A stretch of 64,000 bases of DNA from Octopus vulgaris (GCA_951406725.2 OX597818.1:113336001-113400000), one strand, 5' to 3'; positions 24,820-39,537 are shown, numbered from the stretch's first letter. Notes: generated by a model not told the origin, from the letters alone. Program-made: numbers and translations.

Positions 24820-26430
24820 CAATGACGTAACAGGATGATTTTCGGCTCATAACTTTGCTAAACATGAAGCTTAAGGTTTTGTATTAGATGCTAGCTAACA
24901 GGTAATACTTGTCATGAAAAGCGAAGGCGAACAAAATTCTGAACGTTATATGCAGTATATGCGGTACATCTGGAGAGAGTAACCTCATTATTTTTCTGTG
25001 CCTCTTACTAACTTTGATGACTCGAAAACTTTCGATGGGGTCGACCATTATTTATTGGCGGTTGTCAACACGGCGGCCAATTTCGTACCCGTTTGAAATT
25101 CACTATCACTTTAATATACAACAGCATTTTATTAAGTATCCCATTATCGGAACCGTTTCAAATCATGAAGTAGATTCGTCAAGTGTATTTTTCATCTCTC
25201 CTTTATGTATTGTCTGTTGAGACACAACTGTAGAAATTGGAGAGTTTGATGAACATAGCTCTCACCCTGAGACACACATTTGTTATGTATGCAATGCAGA
25301 AGGTGTCCCCGTAATTGTGTCGAACGCAACGGATATGTACTTGGTCAGCAGCATCCTAAAAAAAGCGAGATGTTGATATGTGCAACAGCTGACCAAGACA
25401 TGTCGGCGTGTTTACTGCTTGGTACCGAAGAGGCAAGTGAATACCAACAAATAACATCGTGCGACGCTCGACAAAATACCCGGTAAAGTTGTTGTTTTGT
25501 TGACTTTGGAGCCCCAAATGTATAGGAAGAAGGTCGAAGTTACGCGTTGAGGACCTCGTCTTACCTAGAAATTAGGTGAGAGGAAGATGTTGTTCAAAGT
25601 TCAGAAATAGCGAGAGCATGTGATGGATTCGTTATACGTTACCGTCTTGCCTTGTTCTTTTTCTCACCTGACCTGAATGGATCGATAAGCGGATTTCATC
25701 GCCCACGTGTTCAATCCACTGTCATCATCCTCTGAAGGATGGGAGCGGTACGCTGTGGCTTCTAATGCACTAACATGCGCTGGGGTTGTGGTGATTACTG
25801 TGATTCGGATATTGTGAGCAGAAGCCGTCACGCATTTCTTTCACAGCTGCTGTCTTGATTCAATCGAAGACCAAGAATGGGCATCGGATATCTACAACAA
25901 ATATTTTCAGCACTCAAAGCGCTCCATTTACTGGGAAATACGGTCGGTACTGGTGAGTAGTGATGAGGGAGAGCGACGAAGGATTTAGGCGTCGACGACA
26001 ATCTACTGGCTAATCTATTGCGAACATACTTGGACCCATGAAAACCCAGAAATCCCTGGCTTGGCAGTGCTGAACGGAATTGCCCCTCGCGGAAAGTCTA
26101 CAGGCACTTAAGTGACGTCATGTTTGCCTGCTTGAGATGATCACCGAACGACGAAACTCTTTTCCATGCATTTATTCTGTAATTAAACATTACTGATTTG
26201 TTAAGTTTTGTTAAACAGCTGCTGTCTTGTGATAGTATTTCTTGGTTAGCTATAACGAAAGTAGTTCTGCGGTGGACGAACTGAAATGACTAAAGACACA
26301 CATTTTCCTTTTCAACTTAACCCTTATCATCAGAAAGTGAGAGAGGAGATGAAGGAGATCCCGTAGTAAATTCTTCGGAAGGCGAGTAAAAGTAATGAAT
26401 GCTGTACGTGTGAGCAGACGTCTCTGAGCA
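24820..26430 (+). mobile_element. Decayed L1/Tx1-clade LINE ORF2 (RT and C-terminal zinc-knuckle region)
   Basis: Collinear broken motifs: DDFRLITLLNMKLKVL; DDSKTFDGVDHYLL; SEPFQI..IRQ..SSLLYVL..E.QL.KLE; NAEGVPVIVS (decayed YADDVTVIVS); SACLLLGT; HPLKDGSGTLWLLM..HAL; QKSLAWQC..LP. Many stops and frameshifts. Confidence 0.82.
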
Positions 26431-26704
26431 CGCACTTATAAACAGGTGAACGGGATATGAGAGAAGATACTTGCTCTTGGAGGTTAGGATAATCGGCGTG
26501 TAATAAAGTTCCCTTTGATTCGTGTTGATCAGCCTTTACCACTGCACAATTTCGTTGAGAAATTTTGATTTTGCTCTTAATTTTTGCTGTTAGATGTTTT
26601 GGGTATAAATTTTTAATGCTTCAAAGGAAACACAGCCCACAATACTTTGAATGTTGTCCTTTGTACTGTAGTTTGTGTCCCCTTGAGCACTTGTTTAATA
26701 TGTG

Positions 26705-26741
<37 letters not shown>

Positions 26742-27325
26742 ATTTAAAGTATGAAAGAGATCGAACATTTGGCTATTAAGCTCTCCTCTAATTGCATAAC
26801 CAATAAGAATGACCTTGGTGTAGGTTAGGGTAAACCTTAGCGTCGTTGTGAACATCCGGGATTTACAATGGTGTAGAGAAATATATGAACAGAACCGATA
26901 AAAGCAATTATTTGAGAGAGCAGATGCTTACTTCATATGCCTAATTATCTTGTTAGCTATACAGTAGTTATTACATCAATACTAACACAAATGCAAAGCA
27001 TACATATAAAATCATACATTGATAAATACATTTTTGCGTGTGAACCCACATATAGAAAGATACAAGTATGGGAACCAACCATATTTTCAACAACCGTATA
27101 TCGTTCTGAAACTTTGTCTGTTAGTTCGCATATATGTACATTTCTATATATGGGTTGGCACGGGAATATATATATATATATATATATATTATTTAATTTA
27201 TACGGTCTTTATTATACGTGCATTTATATTTATAGTTATTAATTAGCCAACGAGATATATGGATCGTTAATTAGTTATAGCGTTCTTTTAAGATAGTTTA
27301 TACTTAAAATTTATATATATATATA

Positions 27326-27380
<55 letters not shown>

Positions 27381-27639
27381 TTTGTATTTATTACTAATTT
27401 ATTAATTAATAACTTACAAAAACGTATAATCAATATATATATATGCTTGTAAATGCATGTTTTATGAGTGTTAATATTGACGTAACAGCTATTTATTATA
27501 CTCAAGACAGTGAAACAGCTGTAAACGTATGGATTAAACCTCTATTCTAACTCTCGTTAGTCGATAAAATCAAAAACAAGGAGTGTGCATGCGCGGAATT
27601 AAAAGTATAAAACGGCGACAACTTACTCATCACTTCCTA

Positions 27640-28170
27640 CATGTGTCTGTGTATGTATATTGAGAGCGTGGAACCTCTTTTTTGCTACTATTGTTCCGAG
27701 ATCTACTCTGCTAGAATAGTCGCACCTGTTATGGTCCCAATTGTGGGTAAATTATCATGTGAACCAATGTGATGGAAGGACCCCTAATTCTTGTTAGAAC
27801 TTTATTCTAGGAGAAGGTGAAGTCGTGTAAAAGGGACACAGTTGCTTTCTGATTGCGTAGAAAAGCAGGTTCGTTGCTTTGCAACGCTTTACCCACTGAA
27901 AACAGTTCCACACACAGGAATATCTTGGAATCACGAAACTTTTGCATGGACCTACTGAGTGTCCACGTGGTCTTACTTGATCCCGAGTTCACTTCCACCA
28001 TATATAATATTAAACGTCAGTTATCTCTCGGAGCCGTTTTCATATTTGATGGTTCTGTTATTTAGCCTTAGATCCTGTCTGACTGAAAAGACTAGTAATC
28101 CACTTAAACATCAAATTGCGGGAGGTTGAGGCAGTTATTTCGTCCTTCGGCAATAATCGAAGGAACTAAT
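27640..28170 (-). mobile_element. Possible very old RTE-like LINE fragment
   Basis: Minus strand fragments VFS.RQDLRL..IKY…IIYGGSEL…DLGTIVAKKRF weakly follow the RTE C-terminal pattern. Confidence 0.35.
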
Positions 28171-28326
28171 TATCTTAATGTGTTATTCAAAGAAAATAAA
28201 GCTACTATTTCTAGCAATTACAGCGACCTCATCAATGCCACTCATTCCGCCAATGTATATCTCTAGTGTACCACCGAGTGGATTATTGTTTAGTATTTCT
28301 CTTTTAGCATTACTTTATTTCATTAA

Positions 28327-28560
28327 TCCATTTCTTTACTACCCACAAGGGGCTAAGCAGAGAGGGGACAAACAAGGACAGACAAACGGATTAAGTCGGT
28401 TACATCGACCCTAGTGCGTAACTGGTACTTAATTTATCGACCCCGAAAGGATGAAAGGCAAAGTCGACCTCGGCGGAATTTAAACTCAGAACGTAGCGGC
28501 AGACGAAATACCGTTAAGCATTTCGCCCGGCGTGCTAACGTTTCTGCCAGCTCGCCGCCT
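28327..28560 (-). mobile_element. Full-length family A SINE with 16-bp TSD
   Basis: tactttatttcattaa at 28311-28326 and 28561-28576. Confidence 0.95.
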
Positions 28561-29739
28561 TACTTTATTTCATTAACTGTAAACGCATTTCAGATTTACA
28601 TTCCGCACTGCGTCATCAACGTCACTAATAGTAATACTGCGTTATTTCTTTTAATAACATTTACATGGTAGATTTTCTAATTTGCTATTTCCCAACAAAT
28701 TACCTTCTTCCGTCAGTGTTTTGTCGCAACGCATTAAGTAGACATATTACTTCATAATTACTTCAAACATAACGTAGACACTCGATTTTACATTGTTTCT
28801 TTATCAGTGCTAATCTCGTCCTGTTAGATTTATTTTACTAAGCATCAATTTAGATATTGATACCGTAAACATGATTGCCAGGATAACTTGATTTAACTAA
28901 ATGGATCGTCTTCGTAATTTTCATACAACCATAGATTACTGAAAGCTTTTGAAATCGAGAATAATTCTCTAATCATTTTAGATGTAATCTCTCTAAAAGC
29001 ATCATTATTTTATTTATTAATAATGGATGAGTGTGCCGGGAACTGATAAGATCCTTGTGAAATTCTGTTATGGTTTAGACTCGTTCCAATTCATTTTACG
29101 CATAGCAAATAACCTTATTCAATATTATAGCAGAAAACAAAAGAATTTGGCAATCCTTATTCAGTCGCGAGCCTCTACCGCCACACTCAACAGAACCATC
29201 TCGTAACTGCAAACAACTTGCCCAGCATTTAATAGCTGGATTCTATGAGTAGAGACTATAGCATTAAATCGAAGAATAATTAGTTAATTAACAATGTTGG
29301 TCGTGAAAAAAATCAATGTGAAATGTTTGCATTTAATTATAAAATTGTAGTACGTGTGTGTGTGTGTGTTTGTGTGTGTGTAATGCAATAAGGACAGACA
29401 TCCAGTAAAAAGACGTTTTTATCTCTTGCTCCTATGTTTCAGTAACAACTAAACTAAAATTAACCATCTACTTATATTTAGTTCAGATTTTCTCTTGATT
29501 AAAACAGATTATCATTTGAGAATAAATTTACCTGGCTCCTTCACTCCTCTTTATCGGGTTTAACGTCTTGCGCTGTTTTTATTTAGATGAACATCGATCT
29601 GGATTGAATGGATTTATATCAAAAGTGTTCCTTCTGTAACCTTTCCATCGTTTGATATTTGTTGAGATAGTTGCGAGTTTTGTAATTCACTCATTAACTT
29701 GTGTTGGTTGAGATATATAAATTCTTAGAGAAAGAAACC

Positions 29740-29873
29740 AAAATATACCAATAGATACATCTAAGTTTTTTTCAGGGGCCCCTAAAATACTATGGTAGAT
29801 ATCCAGTTTATCATTTTGTTGCATGAACCTTCAAAACCTCAGGGGCCATATCGACCCCAGTTGAAAACCACTG
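29740..29873. mobile_element. hAT/Charlie-type MITE end
   Basis: Ends gaccccagttgaaaaccactg (reverse complement CAGTGGTTTTCAAC); the partner end was not found. Confidence 0.4.
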
Positions 29874-31427
29874 CTCTATACTGTACACTTAGTAGGGTGT
29901 ACTGGGTGTTTTAAAGGAAATTAGGCTGCCATTTCTAGCAACTCCAGTGACCACAAAGAGATTTCTTGGTTGTCGTTTCTCGCTTTCTCATAAATTAATT
30001 ATGAAGGCATCGACACAAAATGTAGAGATTGGCAGGATATGGAGTGTAAGGAATAGGATGTACTTGGAATGTTTTAAAGATATGAGTAATAGGAATTGAA
30101 TTTCAAATGGAAAACGAAACATGCCTGCAGACTTGGCTTGGAATTTTCATTTTAATATTAATTATCTTGGTTTCAACTTTAAACATTCTTATATTCCATT
30201 AAATATATATATCCTATGATAAGATGATGTTTTAATATACATTCATTCTCCACTTCACAAAGTATAAAATGTTCCATAGACATAAAATGATAATAAATTT
30301 TTTGCAAAACTTTTTCTAATTCAGCTTCACTTAAATCGATTGAAGAATCAACAAAGTTGAAGCGTATTTGACAGATGAAAAAGAAAATGTATTGTCATAA
30401 AAAGTAAAACAAAAGCGTATACAGAATGAAACAGTTAATCAAATTTCTTTTTCCCTGTGGTAAAAAAAAACTTCAGGAAACAAACATCATCACATTGCGA
30501 ACGTTTTTGTTTATTTCAAGAAGAAAATAGTATTAAAAACATATTTAAACATCACATACTTTGAGCCTTTATATCAGCTGACTATTGTTTTAGTGTTCGT
30601 CTGGAATTTTCTAAACTGTTTTTAAATACATTCAGTATTTGTGATTGATATATAACAGATGATGATGATGTATATTATTTGTCTAAATCTAGTTTCGTAA
30701 AAATATTATAGAATATTAACCGCAGTCGACAGAGTATTTATTGTTTGTCTTCATATGTATGTGCTTTCGTTTATTACACAATTCTTCATATGGAAATAGA
30801 TTGGGTTAATATATCACGCTAGCAACAAATGGTTTTTGGTAAAATATTTAATCAATAAAAAAGTATATTTTAAACGCATCATTTTTCAATCTTGTCGTAG
30901 AACATTGATTGAGTGAAACGTTCATGTCGAAATATTTTCTGCAGTAGATTGGAAATATTAGGTAGATGGGTGTCATAAGAAATGTAATGGAAATTCAATC
31001 TAAACATTATGGCATCACTTGCAATATTTAAAACCTTCCATAAAATAGGTTATTGTTATAAAAGACAAAACGTGCAGGCTCAATGTAACTCGAACGGTCG
31101 ATGTCATATGACTGGCTGGTAAATTGATGGAAGCATTAAAGTATCGGATAAAATGTGTCGCGATATTTGTTGCTTGTCTCTAAGTTCAAATAAGACCGAG
31201 ATCAACTTTGCATTTATACATTAGGCAGATGAATGCCATAAGAAATGTAATGGAGATTCAATCTAAACATAAAAATATAAAATTACTACGCAGACGTGGA
31301 TGTGTGGTAAGAAGCTATTTTTCCCAACCACATTGCTCCGGGTTCAATCCCACTGCGTGATACCTTGGGTGAGTATCAACAAAAAACGTCTGAGTGGATT
31401 TGGAAAACGGAAACTGAAAGAAGCTCG

Positions 31428-31469
<42 letters not shown>

Positions 31470-31474
<5 letters not shown>

Positions 31475-31960
31475 ATCAAAATAAGAAACAAGGATATCCA
31501 AAGATAGTGTAGTACAATCGTTTCATGGTACTTCGTTTAATTAAACAATGTAAGTGTTACATCAATATTAAAATGTAGAGCACTCTTCAGCCACATATGG
31601 AATTTTTAAAAATTTAATTGATAATGTTCATTTTTATACTTATTCCATTTGCCAACATTACAAAGAGGGTAGGTATATAGACAGAGAGGTGAATTTCATC
31701 AATAAGAACATGGTAGTAGAAGGTCTTTCCTCATGGGCAGATTTTTTATCACTGAGTTCACTTTGTAATTTAGATTTACCAATGGGGAGGGGTTTTCTAT
31801 TAAGCTCAGTGGAGACAATCAAGAATTTTTCTCTTTATAGATAGAGGAAGGGGCAGTTTAAGTGGCAAAGCCATAAATCTAACCTTTTTATGAGGAATTT
31901 AACTTCAGTACATTAGAATGTATTTTAGCTATAGTTAAAATACATTCTAATGTACCAAAA
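31470..31960 (-). mobile_element. Penelope-like pLTR fragment next to (TA)n, inside the microsatellite of a partial family B SINE (31290-31430)
   Basis: Contains a hammerhead-like motif (31508-31595), is related to 36455-36750 and ends in a 48-bp palindrome. Confidence 0.55.
31508..31595 (-). ncRNA. Hammerhead-ribozyme-like motif (type I, long loop II, partly decayed)
   Basis: Minus: UGUGG CUGAAGA GUGC…long loop…AU GAAAC GAUU GUA CUACA; helix I UGUGG/CUACA. Confidence 0.5.
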
Positions 31961-32700
31961 AGAATCGTACAGCCGCTTATCTCTAGCCACGTGATATTCC
32001 AATGAAATAAGGTTTCCTTCCATTATTACACTTTAGCAAAACATGATTCTTAAGCAAAAATTTACCTCTCAAACACTATTAAGTATCTATACCTGATTAA
32101 ATATTTCCATTATTTGTATATTAAATTTTGCTTAATAGTACTTCAAAATACCACTCATAATTCTCATAATAATGTCAAGGAGCACGATTCCTAAAGGCAA
32201 CCAACCAACGTCGAAAACAACATTGCTAACTACAAGTATGTGCAATAAAACAGCGAGCTCCTGAAGGTAATATTTATTTTTCGAAATTATAATCCTAGTC
32301 GCAATTGCCTCCTTTCAGAGTTTGTTTGGTAGGAGGAGAAATTCAAGTGAGCGATAAGTGTCTGATCGAAGTTTCACAAGTTGCTACGCACTTCACGTCT
32401 AGTGAAGCTTATACAGATTTCAGCAATGTAGATTACATTTCGATCTACTTCTTTCACATAAGACTATTTTATCCTATACACATAATCTACTATGAATGAG
32501 AGCCACTGTTTCGGTCATGTACATTTATTGCGACAAAACTATTTCAATAGGTAACAGTTGTTATCGCTACAATATCAGAAAATATCTCCACTTGTACCTA
32601 CATTTCGTACAAGTATATATAAAATAGGTTGGCTATCGTAATGCACATCAAATTTCTTGTATTTTATTGCATTGAGGCATTGAGCAGCATGCTTAAACCG

Positions 32701-32744
<44 letters not shown>

Positions 32745-33289
32745 CATACAGACATATATATATTGGACAATGTGTATGTTGAACAATAAAGAACATCCAA
32801 TAAATTTGTCACCTCAACAACACGGCGAATGGCGCACATGAACAAAGTTGTTTTTCAATCTAATAATATTCTTTTAAATTTTTTTTTCGAGACATGATAC
32901 GATTATGTTTATAGCAAAGATATACAGTGAGGCATCCTAAAGGTGATAATCTGCAAGTAATTGAGTTAAAAAGATGAAACAGATTTCGTAATGAAATTTT
33001 GAAGAAGAAACTGTTGTATGAAAAAAAAAACACAAAATAGAATGTAAACCTGCTAAGATACTGAAAATTAATAAAGACAGCAAGAATAACGATACGACTT
33101 CTCAAGAGTTCACCTTTTGAAGAACGGCATCGGAAATCATAGAATGTTTAATCAAAGATACTGAAATGGAAGGAATTCTGTTTGTGTTACAGTATTTAGT
33201 TTTTGACCTGTAGTTTGATTTAAAATGTTGCTGGATTTTCCCTTTGTTTATCATTCATCTAGATACGATAATATAAATATCATGAACAT

Positions 33290-33625
33290 AGGCACAGAAG
33301 AGGCTGTTTGGGAAGAAGCTTGCTTCCCAGCCACATGGTTCCCAGTTCAGTCCCACTGCGTCGCACCTTGGCAAGTGTCTTCTCCAACTGTCTGTGTATG
33401 TGTGTGCGTGTCTGTGTGCGCATTCGTGTGTCTGTGTTGTTCCCCTCGACCATCGCTTGACAACCAATGTTAATGTGTTAACGTTCCTGCAACTTAGCGG
33501 TTCGGTTAAATTGACCGATAGAATAAGTACTAAGCTTACAAAGAATAAGTGCTGGGGTCGATTTATTCGACTAAAGGCGGTGCTCCAGCCTGGCCGCAGT
33601 CAAATGACTGAAACAAGTAAAAGAA
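33290..33625 (+). mobile_element. Family B SINE
   Basis: Head, ccttggcaagtgtcttct, TG tract and conserved tail. Confidence 0.9.
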
Positions 33626-34660
33626 AATACTTTTGCCATATCCCTTTCTTTATATGGGAAATAAAAGATATTTATATGGGAAATAAAAGACATGTTGTCA
33701 TTTTATCTCCCTAGTTTCAACAAAAGATATAGCACCAATGCATTATACGGTTTGTCACCATGTTTGACTTGGCCTTAAATGAAGAAACAATGCATAAATA
33801 CCTTGTTTGGGACGTGCCACTTAATTTGTTTCAATGTTAAAAGAAGGCATGCAATCGTATACCACCACAGAGTAGCAAGCAAAATGGCGTGCAATTCGAA
33901 CTGCGCTCAGTTTAAATCGACTCTTTTTTTCGTTTGCGTTCCATAAAATAAGGACGTGCAATGTATTAAAACAATTCAATCGACACGAGTAGATGTTAGG
34001 AATATTTAATAATTTAATAGAGGCGACAGCGTTTAGTTTCATCATTCTACGTTTTCAATTCAAACCTCTTGTAATTATAATGCCTTTGGCCTTTCTGGAA
34101 TTACTGTTACAATTCAGTTACAAGATCTAATATAGAGTGTTATAATCGCCATTATGCAGTTTTCACTTGTGCATATTTAAACTAAACCAATATTAGTGAC
34201 AGAAAGAGAGAGGGGAGAAGAGAGTGGTGGGCGGGAGAGAGAGGGAAAAGGAGATAGAGAGGGAAGAGAGAGGGGGAGAGAGAGAGTGCTTATGTCTGAT
34301 ATATTTGAGTATAAAATTTAATGTTTGTACATGGTACACAAGAGACTTTCGCGAGCGCTGAAGTTCAGAACTGAAAATTAAATCTTTTAATGTATTTTCG
34401 TAATGCGAGAGTCGTTTCGAAAGTGGATTTTGCTTGGTGTCACGTATTAAGATGTCCGAATTTCATCGCTGAACAACGCCCAAATTCGTTTTCCGATTGC
34501 CACAAACTCGAAGCTAATGAGATTTTGTGGTACTTTAAGAAATGAAATAAAATTCTGAAGAAAAATCTTTCTATTTAGGTGAGATGACACATTAATACTT
34601 CTATTTTACTCGAACATGGTAGCCAAAATTACTCGTTATGAAATGCAAATGATACAAGGA

Positions 34661-34754
<94 letters not shown>

Positions 34755-34777
34755 CATGTGTGTGTGTGTGTGTGTAT

Positions 34778-35615
<838 letters not shown>

Positions 35616-35618
35616 AAG

Positions 35619-35668
<50 letters not shown>

Positions 35669-35669
35669 A

Positions 35670-35711
<42 letters not shown>

Positions 35712-35836
35712 CACATATATATACATATATATATATATATAAAGATAGATATAGTTATATATAGATATAGATATAGATATACATATATATATATATACAT
35801 ATACATATATATATACATATACATACATATATATAT

Positions 35837-35884
<48 letters not shown>

Positions 35885-35901
35885 ATACATATATATATAC
35901 T

Positions 35902-35943
<42 letters not shown>

Positions 35944-35954
35944 TGCATATATAC

Positions 35955-36337
35955 TCTTACTCTTTTACTTGTTTCAGTCATTTGACTGCGGCCATGTTGG
36001 AGCACCGCCTTTAGTCGAGCAAATCGACCCCGGGACTTATTCCTTGTAAGCCCAGTACTTATTCTATCAGTCTCTTTTTGCCGAACCGCTAAGTGACGGG
36101 GACGTAAACACACCAGCATCGGTTGTCAAGCAATGCTAGGGGGACAAACACAGACACACACATACATATATATATACGACAGGCTTCTTTCAATTCCCGT
36201 CTACCAAATTCACTCACAAGGCATTGGTCGGCCCGGGGCTATAGTAGAAGACACTTGCCCAAGATGCCACGCAGCGAGACTGAACCCGGAACCATGTGGT
36301 TGGTTAGCAAGCTACTTACCACACAGCCACTCCTGCG

Positions 36338-36340
<3 letters not shown>
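35955..36340 (-). mobile_element. Full-length family B SINE
   Basis: Reverse complement of the family B consensus. Confidence 0.93.
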
Positions 36341-36428
<88 letters not shown>

Positions 36429-36489
36429 GCACATATGCGTACATACATATATATAATAAAAATAAGCAACAAGAATAACTTCGGTAATT

Positions 36490-36570
36490 TGGTACGATCG
36501 TTTCGCACTACATCATTTTATTAAATGTAAGTATTACAGCAGTTTTAAAATGCTGAGCACTGATCAGCCA
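36490..36570 (-). ncRNA. Hammerhead-ribozyme-like motif (core CUGAUcA variant)
   Basis: Minus: UGG CUGAUCA GUGC…GUGC GAAAC GAUC GUA CCA; palindromic ACGAUCGU stem III; one core substitution. Confidence 0.5.
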
Positions 36571-36799
36571 TTAATAGAGGTTTACCGTTAATACATAACT
36601 TTCATATCAAGTGATAACATTATAGAGAAGGTAGATATAGAGATAATGATGTGGATTTAAATTTTAAGAACATTTAAAGTAGTGGAGTTTATCAACTGAC
36701 TGAATAATATTCAGTTGCTATGAACTGCTAGAAGGTTCTGAGAAGAACCTATATATATATATATATATTTATATATATGTATTTGGTGAGGGTTTCTTC

Positions 36800-36954
36800 C
36801 ATCCTTTATCTCTTATTTGTTTCATTCATTTGATTGCGGTCATGTTGGGGCTTCACCTAGTTGCTCTTTAAGCCCTGTACTTGTTCTATCGTTTTTTTTT
36901 CAACCGAACCGATAGAATAATGGAGACGCAAAAGCACCGCACTGATTGTTGCGG

Positions 36955-37018
<64 letters not shown>

Positions 37019-37600
37019 GACTTCTTTCGGTTTTGTGTCTACCGGATCCACGCACAAGTTGTAGTCTGCGTGAGGTTACAGTAGAAGACAAGGCACCAGG
37101 CAATGTGACTGAACCGGGAACAATGTGATTGGGAAGCAAACTTCTTACCACACAGCCACGCTTGCGCTTTATATATATATATACTCTTTACTCTTTTATT
37201 CTTTTACTTGTTTCAGGCATTTGCCTGCGGCCATGCTGGAGCACCGCCTTTAATCGAGCAACTCGACCCCGGGACTTATTCTTTTGTAAGCCCAGTACTT
37301 ATTCTATCGGTCGCTTTTTGCCGAACCGCCAAGTAACGGGGACATAAACACACCACCATCGGTTGTCAAGCAATGCTAGAGGACAAACACAGACACACAA
37401 ACACACCACACGCATATATATATATATATATACATATATACGACGGGCTTCTTTCAGTTTCCATCTACCAAATCCACTGACAAGGCTTTGGTCGGCCCGA
37501 GGCTATAGTAGAAGACACTTGCTCAAGGTGCCACGCAGTGGGACTGAACCCGGAACCATCTCGTTGGTAGACAAGCTACTTACCACATAGCCACGCCTGG
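36800..37600 (-). mobile_element. Two tandem family B SINEs (older 36800-37170, younger 37195-37600)
   Basis: Two successive reverse-complement copies. Confidence 0.88.
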
Positions 37601-37616
37601 CTATATATATATATAC

Positions 37617-38216
37617 TAAAATAATTACTATGAATAGAAACAATATATTGTATAAAGGATCGTGGGTAAGTCCAAAACAATGCGAAGCAAATGCAAGGTA
37701 AATCCCAGAAAACAATTATGTGAATTAATGTAGACTTACCTTGTATACAATACTTCGGGGTTGTGACCCCATTTTCAAGAAATTGACGAATGTTGCTGGT
37801 GTACGTGTGTGTGAGCGTGTGTGGACTGGACATGTGGAGAAAGGTGTTGCTATAACAACCAGCTAGTTTCCTGTAACTCCCTTCTATTGTTGATCTTAGG
37901 TTTCTTTTGGTGTATGAGGATGGCCTCCGAGATTCTAAGGTCACCTCTCTTCCACTGTGTTACCTTGATGTGAACTACGAATTCCCGGGTCTGGCATTTC
38001 CGTTGATGTTTCTTCAGGGTAGTTTCTGCCTGCATGTATTCCTTTATGCGTATATGCAGTTTTCTTGTAGTACTCTCGATATAGGATGCGCTACATTTAC
38101 CACAGATGATGTCATATACAACATAGGTCATATTCTCTGCTTCTTTTTAAGATTCCAGCGCTGCTCCAATGGAAGCGTTTTGCTTTGTCGTTGTTATTTT
38201 TGATTTTCGTTTTATT
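37617..38216 (-). mobile_element. Penelope-like element 3' part: GIY-YIG endonuclease ORF remnant (37850-38131), 3' pLTR and an additional 5' segment
   Basis: YVVYDIICGKCSASYIESTTRKLHIRIKEY…LRISEAILIHQKKPKIN is the PLE GIY-YIG signature (VVY..C..C..YIG.T.R.L..RI.EH…EAI.I…P.IN); starts at (TA)n; 38130-38215 recurs at 44416-44505. Confidence 0.88.
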
Positions 38217-38580
38217 TGAATGCCTTGCGGTTATCAACTGTGCTCCCTCGGCGAGCTGTTAGTTCAAATCCCGCTTAAGTCAATTTCACGTTTCATACAT
38301 TCAGGACTATATAAAATACGACGAAAGTACTCAGGTCGATTCTTTTCTAATTGTACCTCGGCTTCCCACACACACCTTTCTCCATCTCACTTTCTCTCTT
38401 CTGTGCCCCTCTCTCTTGCTCTCTCTCTCTCTCTCTCTCTGAAAGAAGTCCACTATGGTCAGACTATGGTCAAACCTCAAAATAAATGAGCTCCCAGGCT
38501 TTAAATTGCCATAGACACAATGACGATCTCCACAATAACCTTATATCCCTATCAAAAGTTGAACAGTTGATAAGTGTGTA

Positions 38581-38636
<56 letters not shown>

Positions 38637-39089
38637 TGTGTGTGTGTGCGTGCGTGTATCGAGGAGTGAGTAAATATTTTTGTATAAATCTTGTATCTGT
38701 GTAAGTCTTGTATACATCTATGTATAATTCGAGACACATTAATAAAGATAAGTTCAACACATTAAATTTACGCATAACATCTTCTTTAACGTAGCTGGGT
38801 CTCAAGAGGTTGGTACAAACCTAGCAAAATGTGTTTCATAGTGAAAAGAAAATGTCCATTCAAATGGCAATTATCGGACGATTTCTGTTCTAGTCTGTCC
38901 ATTTTAAGTCGTAGTGGAAATGCGACCTATTGTCTCAAATAGGCATACAGATATTGCATAAATTTTATGATTGACAAATATACTACATTTTGTACGTATG
39001 ATTATATCAACCTGTGGGCATAATAAAATGGGCTCCCGGACGCAATTGTGTCCGTGTGCGAGGGTTCCCCATCGATGGTGTATATATAT

Positions 39090-39370
39090 ATAGAATAGTA
39101 GTATACTGTCAATCTAACACGAACGTGACAGTAGGGGGTACACCACCGCTGTTTAGCCCTAGGAAGCATCGATGCCTCCTGATGGCTTTGACACATTTTT
39201 TCCTGTGTCCTTATATACATTTATGAAGGGGAGACAAACAATGTATATAAGAACACAGGAAAAATGTGTCAAAGCCATCAGGAGGCGTCGATGCTTCCTA
39301 GGGCTAAACAGCGGTGGTGTACCCCCTACTGTCACGTTCGTGTTAGATTGACAGTATACTACCATTCTAT
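39090..39370. repeat. Long inverted repeat, ~131-bp arms, 18-nt spacer
   Basis: atagaatagtagtatactgtc…ttatatacatt / aatgtatataa…gacagtatactaccattctat, few mismatches; explains the near-identical opposite-strand ORFs. Confidence 0.96.
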
Positions 39371-39436
39371 CGACCCACCACCGTACACATCTCTACGAGA
39401 GATTTAGAAATTTAGTATTTCTGATATATATATATG

Positions 39437-39470
<34 letters not shown>

Positions 39471-39506
39471 TGTATGTATGTATGTATATATGTATGTAGA
39501 TGTATG

Positions 39507-39537
<31 letters not shown>

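Noticed and set aside
25230-25810. PIN-like/CXC DNA-transposon protein (VIVSNATDM, C..CTNMRWGC)
   Set aside because: Better explained by collinear non-LTR RT motifs in the same region.
26250-26435. F-box-like peptide FTRLPKNLLRDLLHLL on the minus strand
   Set aside because: Antisense to the C-terminal part of the decayed L1/Tx1 LINE; no convincing exon structure.
27627-27726. Upstream exon of the minus-strand gene (strong GA|gtaagt donor)
   Set aside because: Weak acceptor, phase incompatible with the 99-nt exon, and overlaps a probable RTE remnant.
29532-29635. Minus-strand exon ending CAG|gtaaat
   Set aside because: The frame needed to join the downstream exon has a stop, and the sequence looks like a decayed repeat tail.
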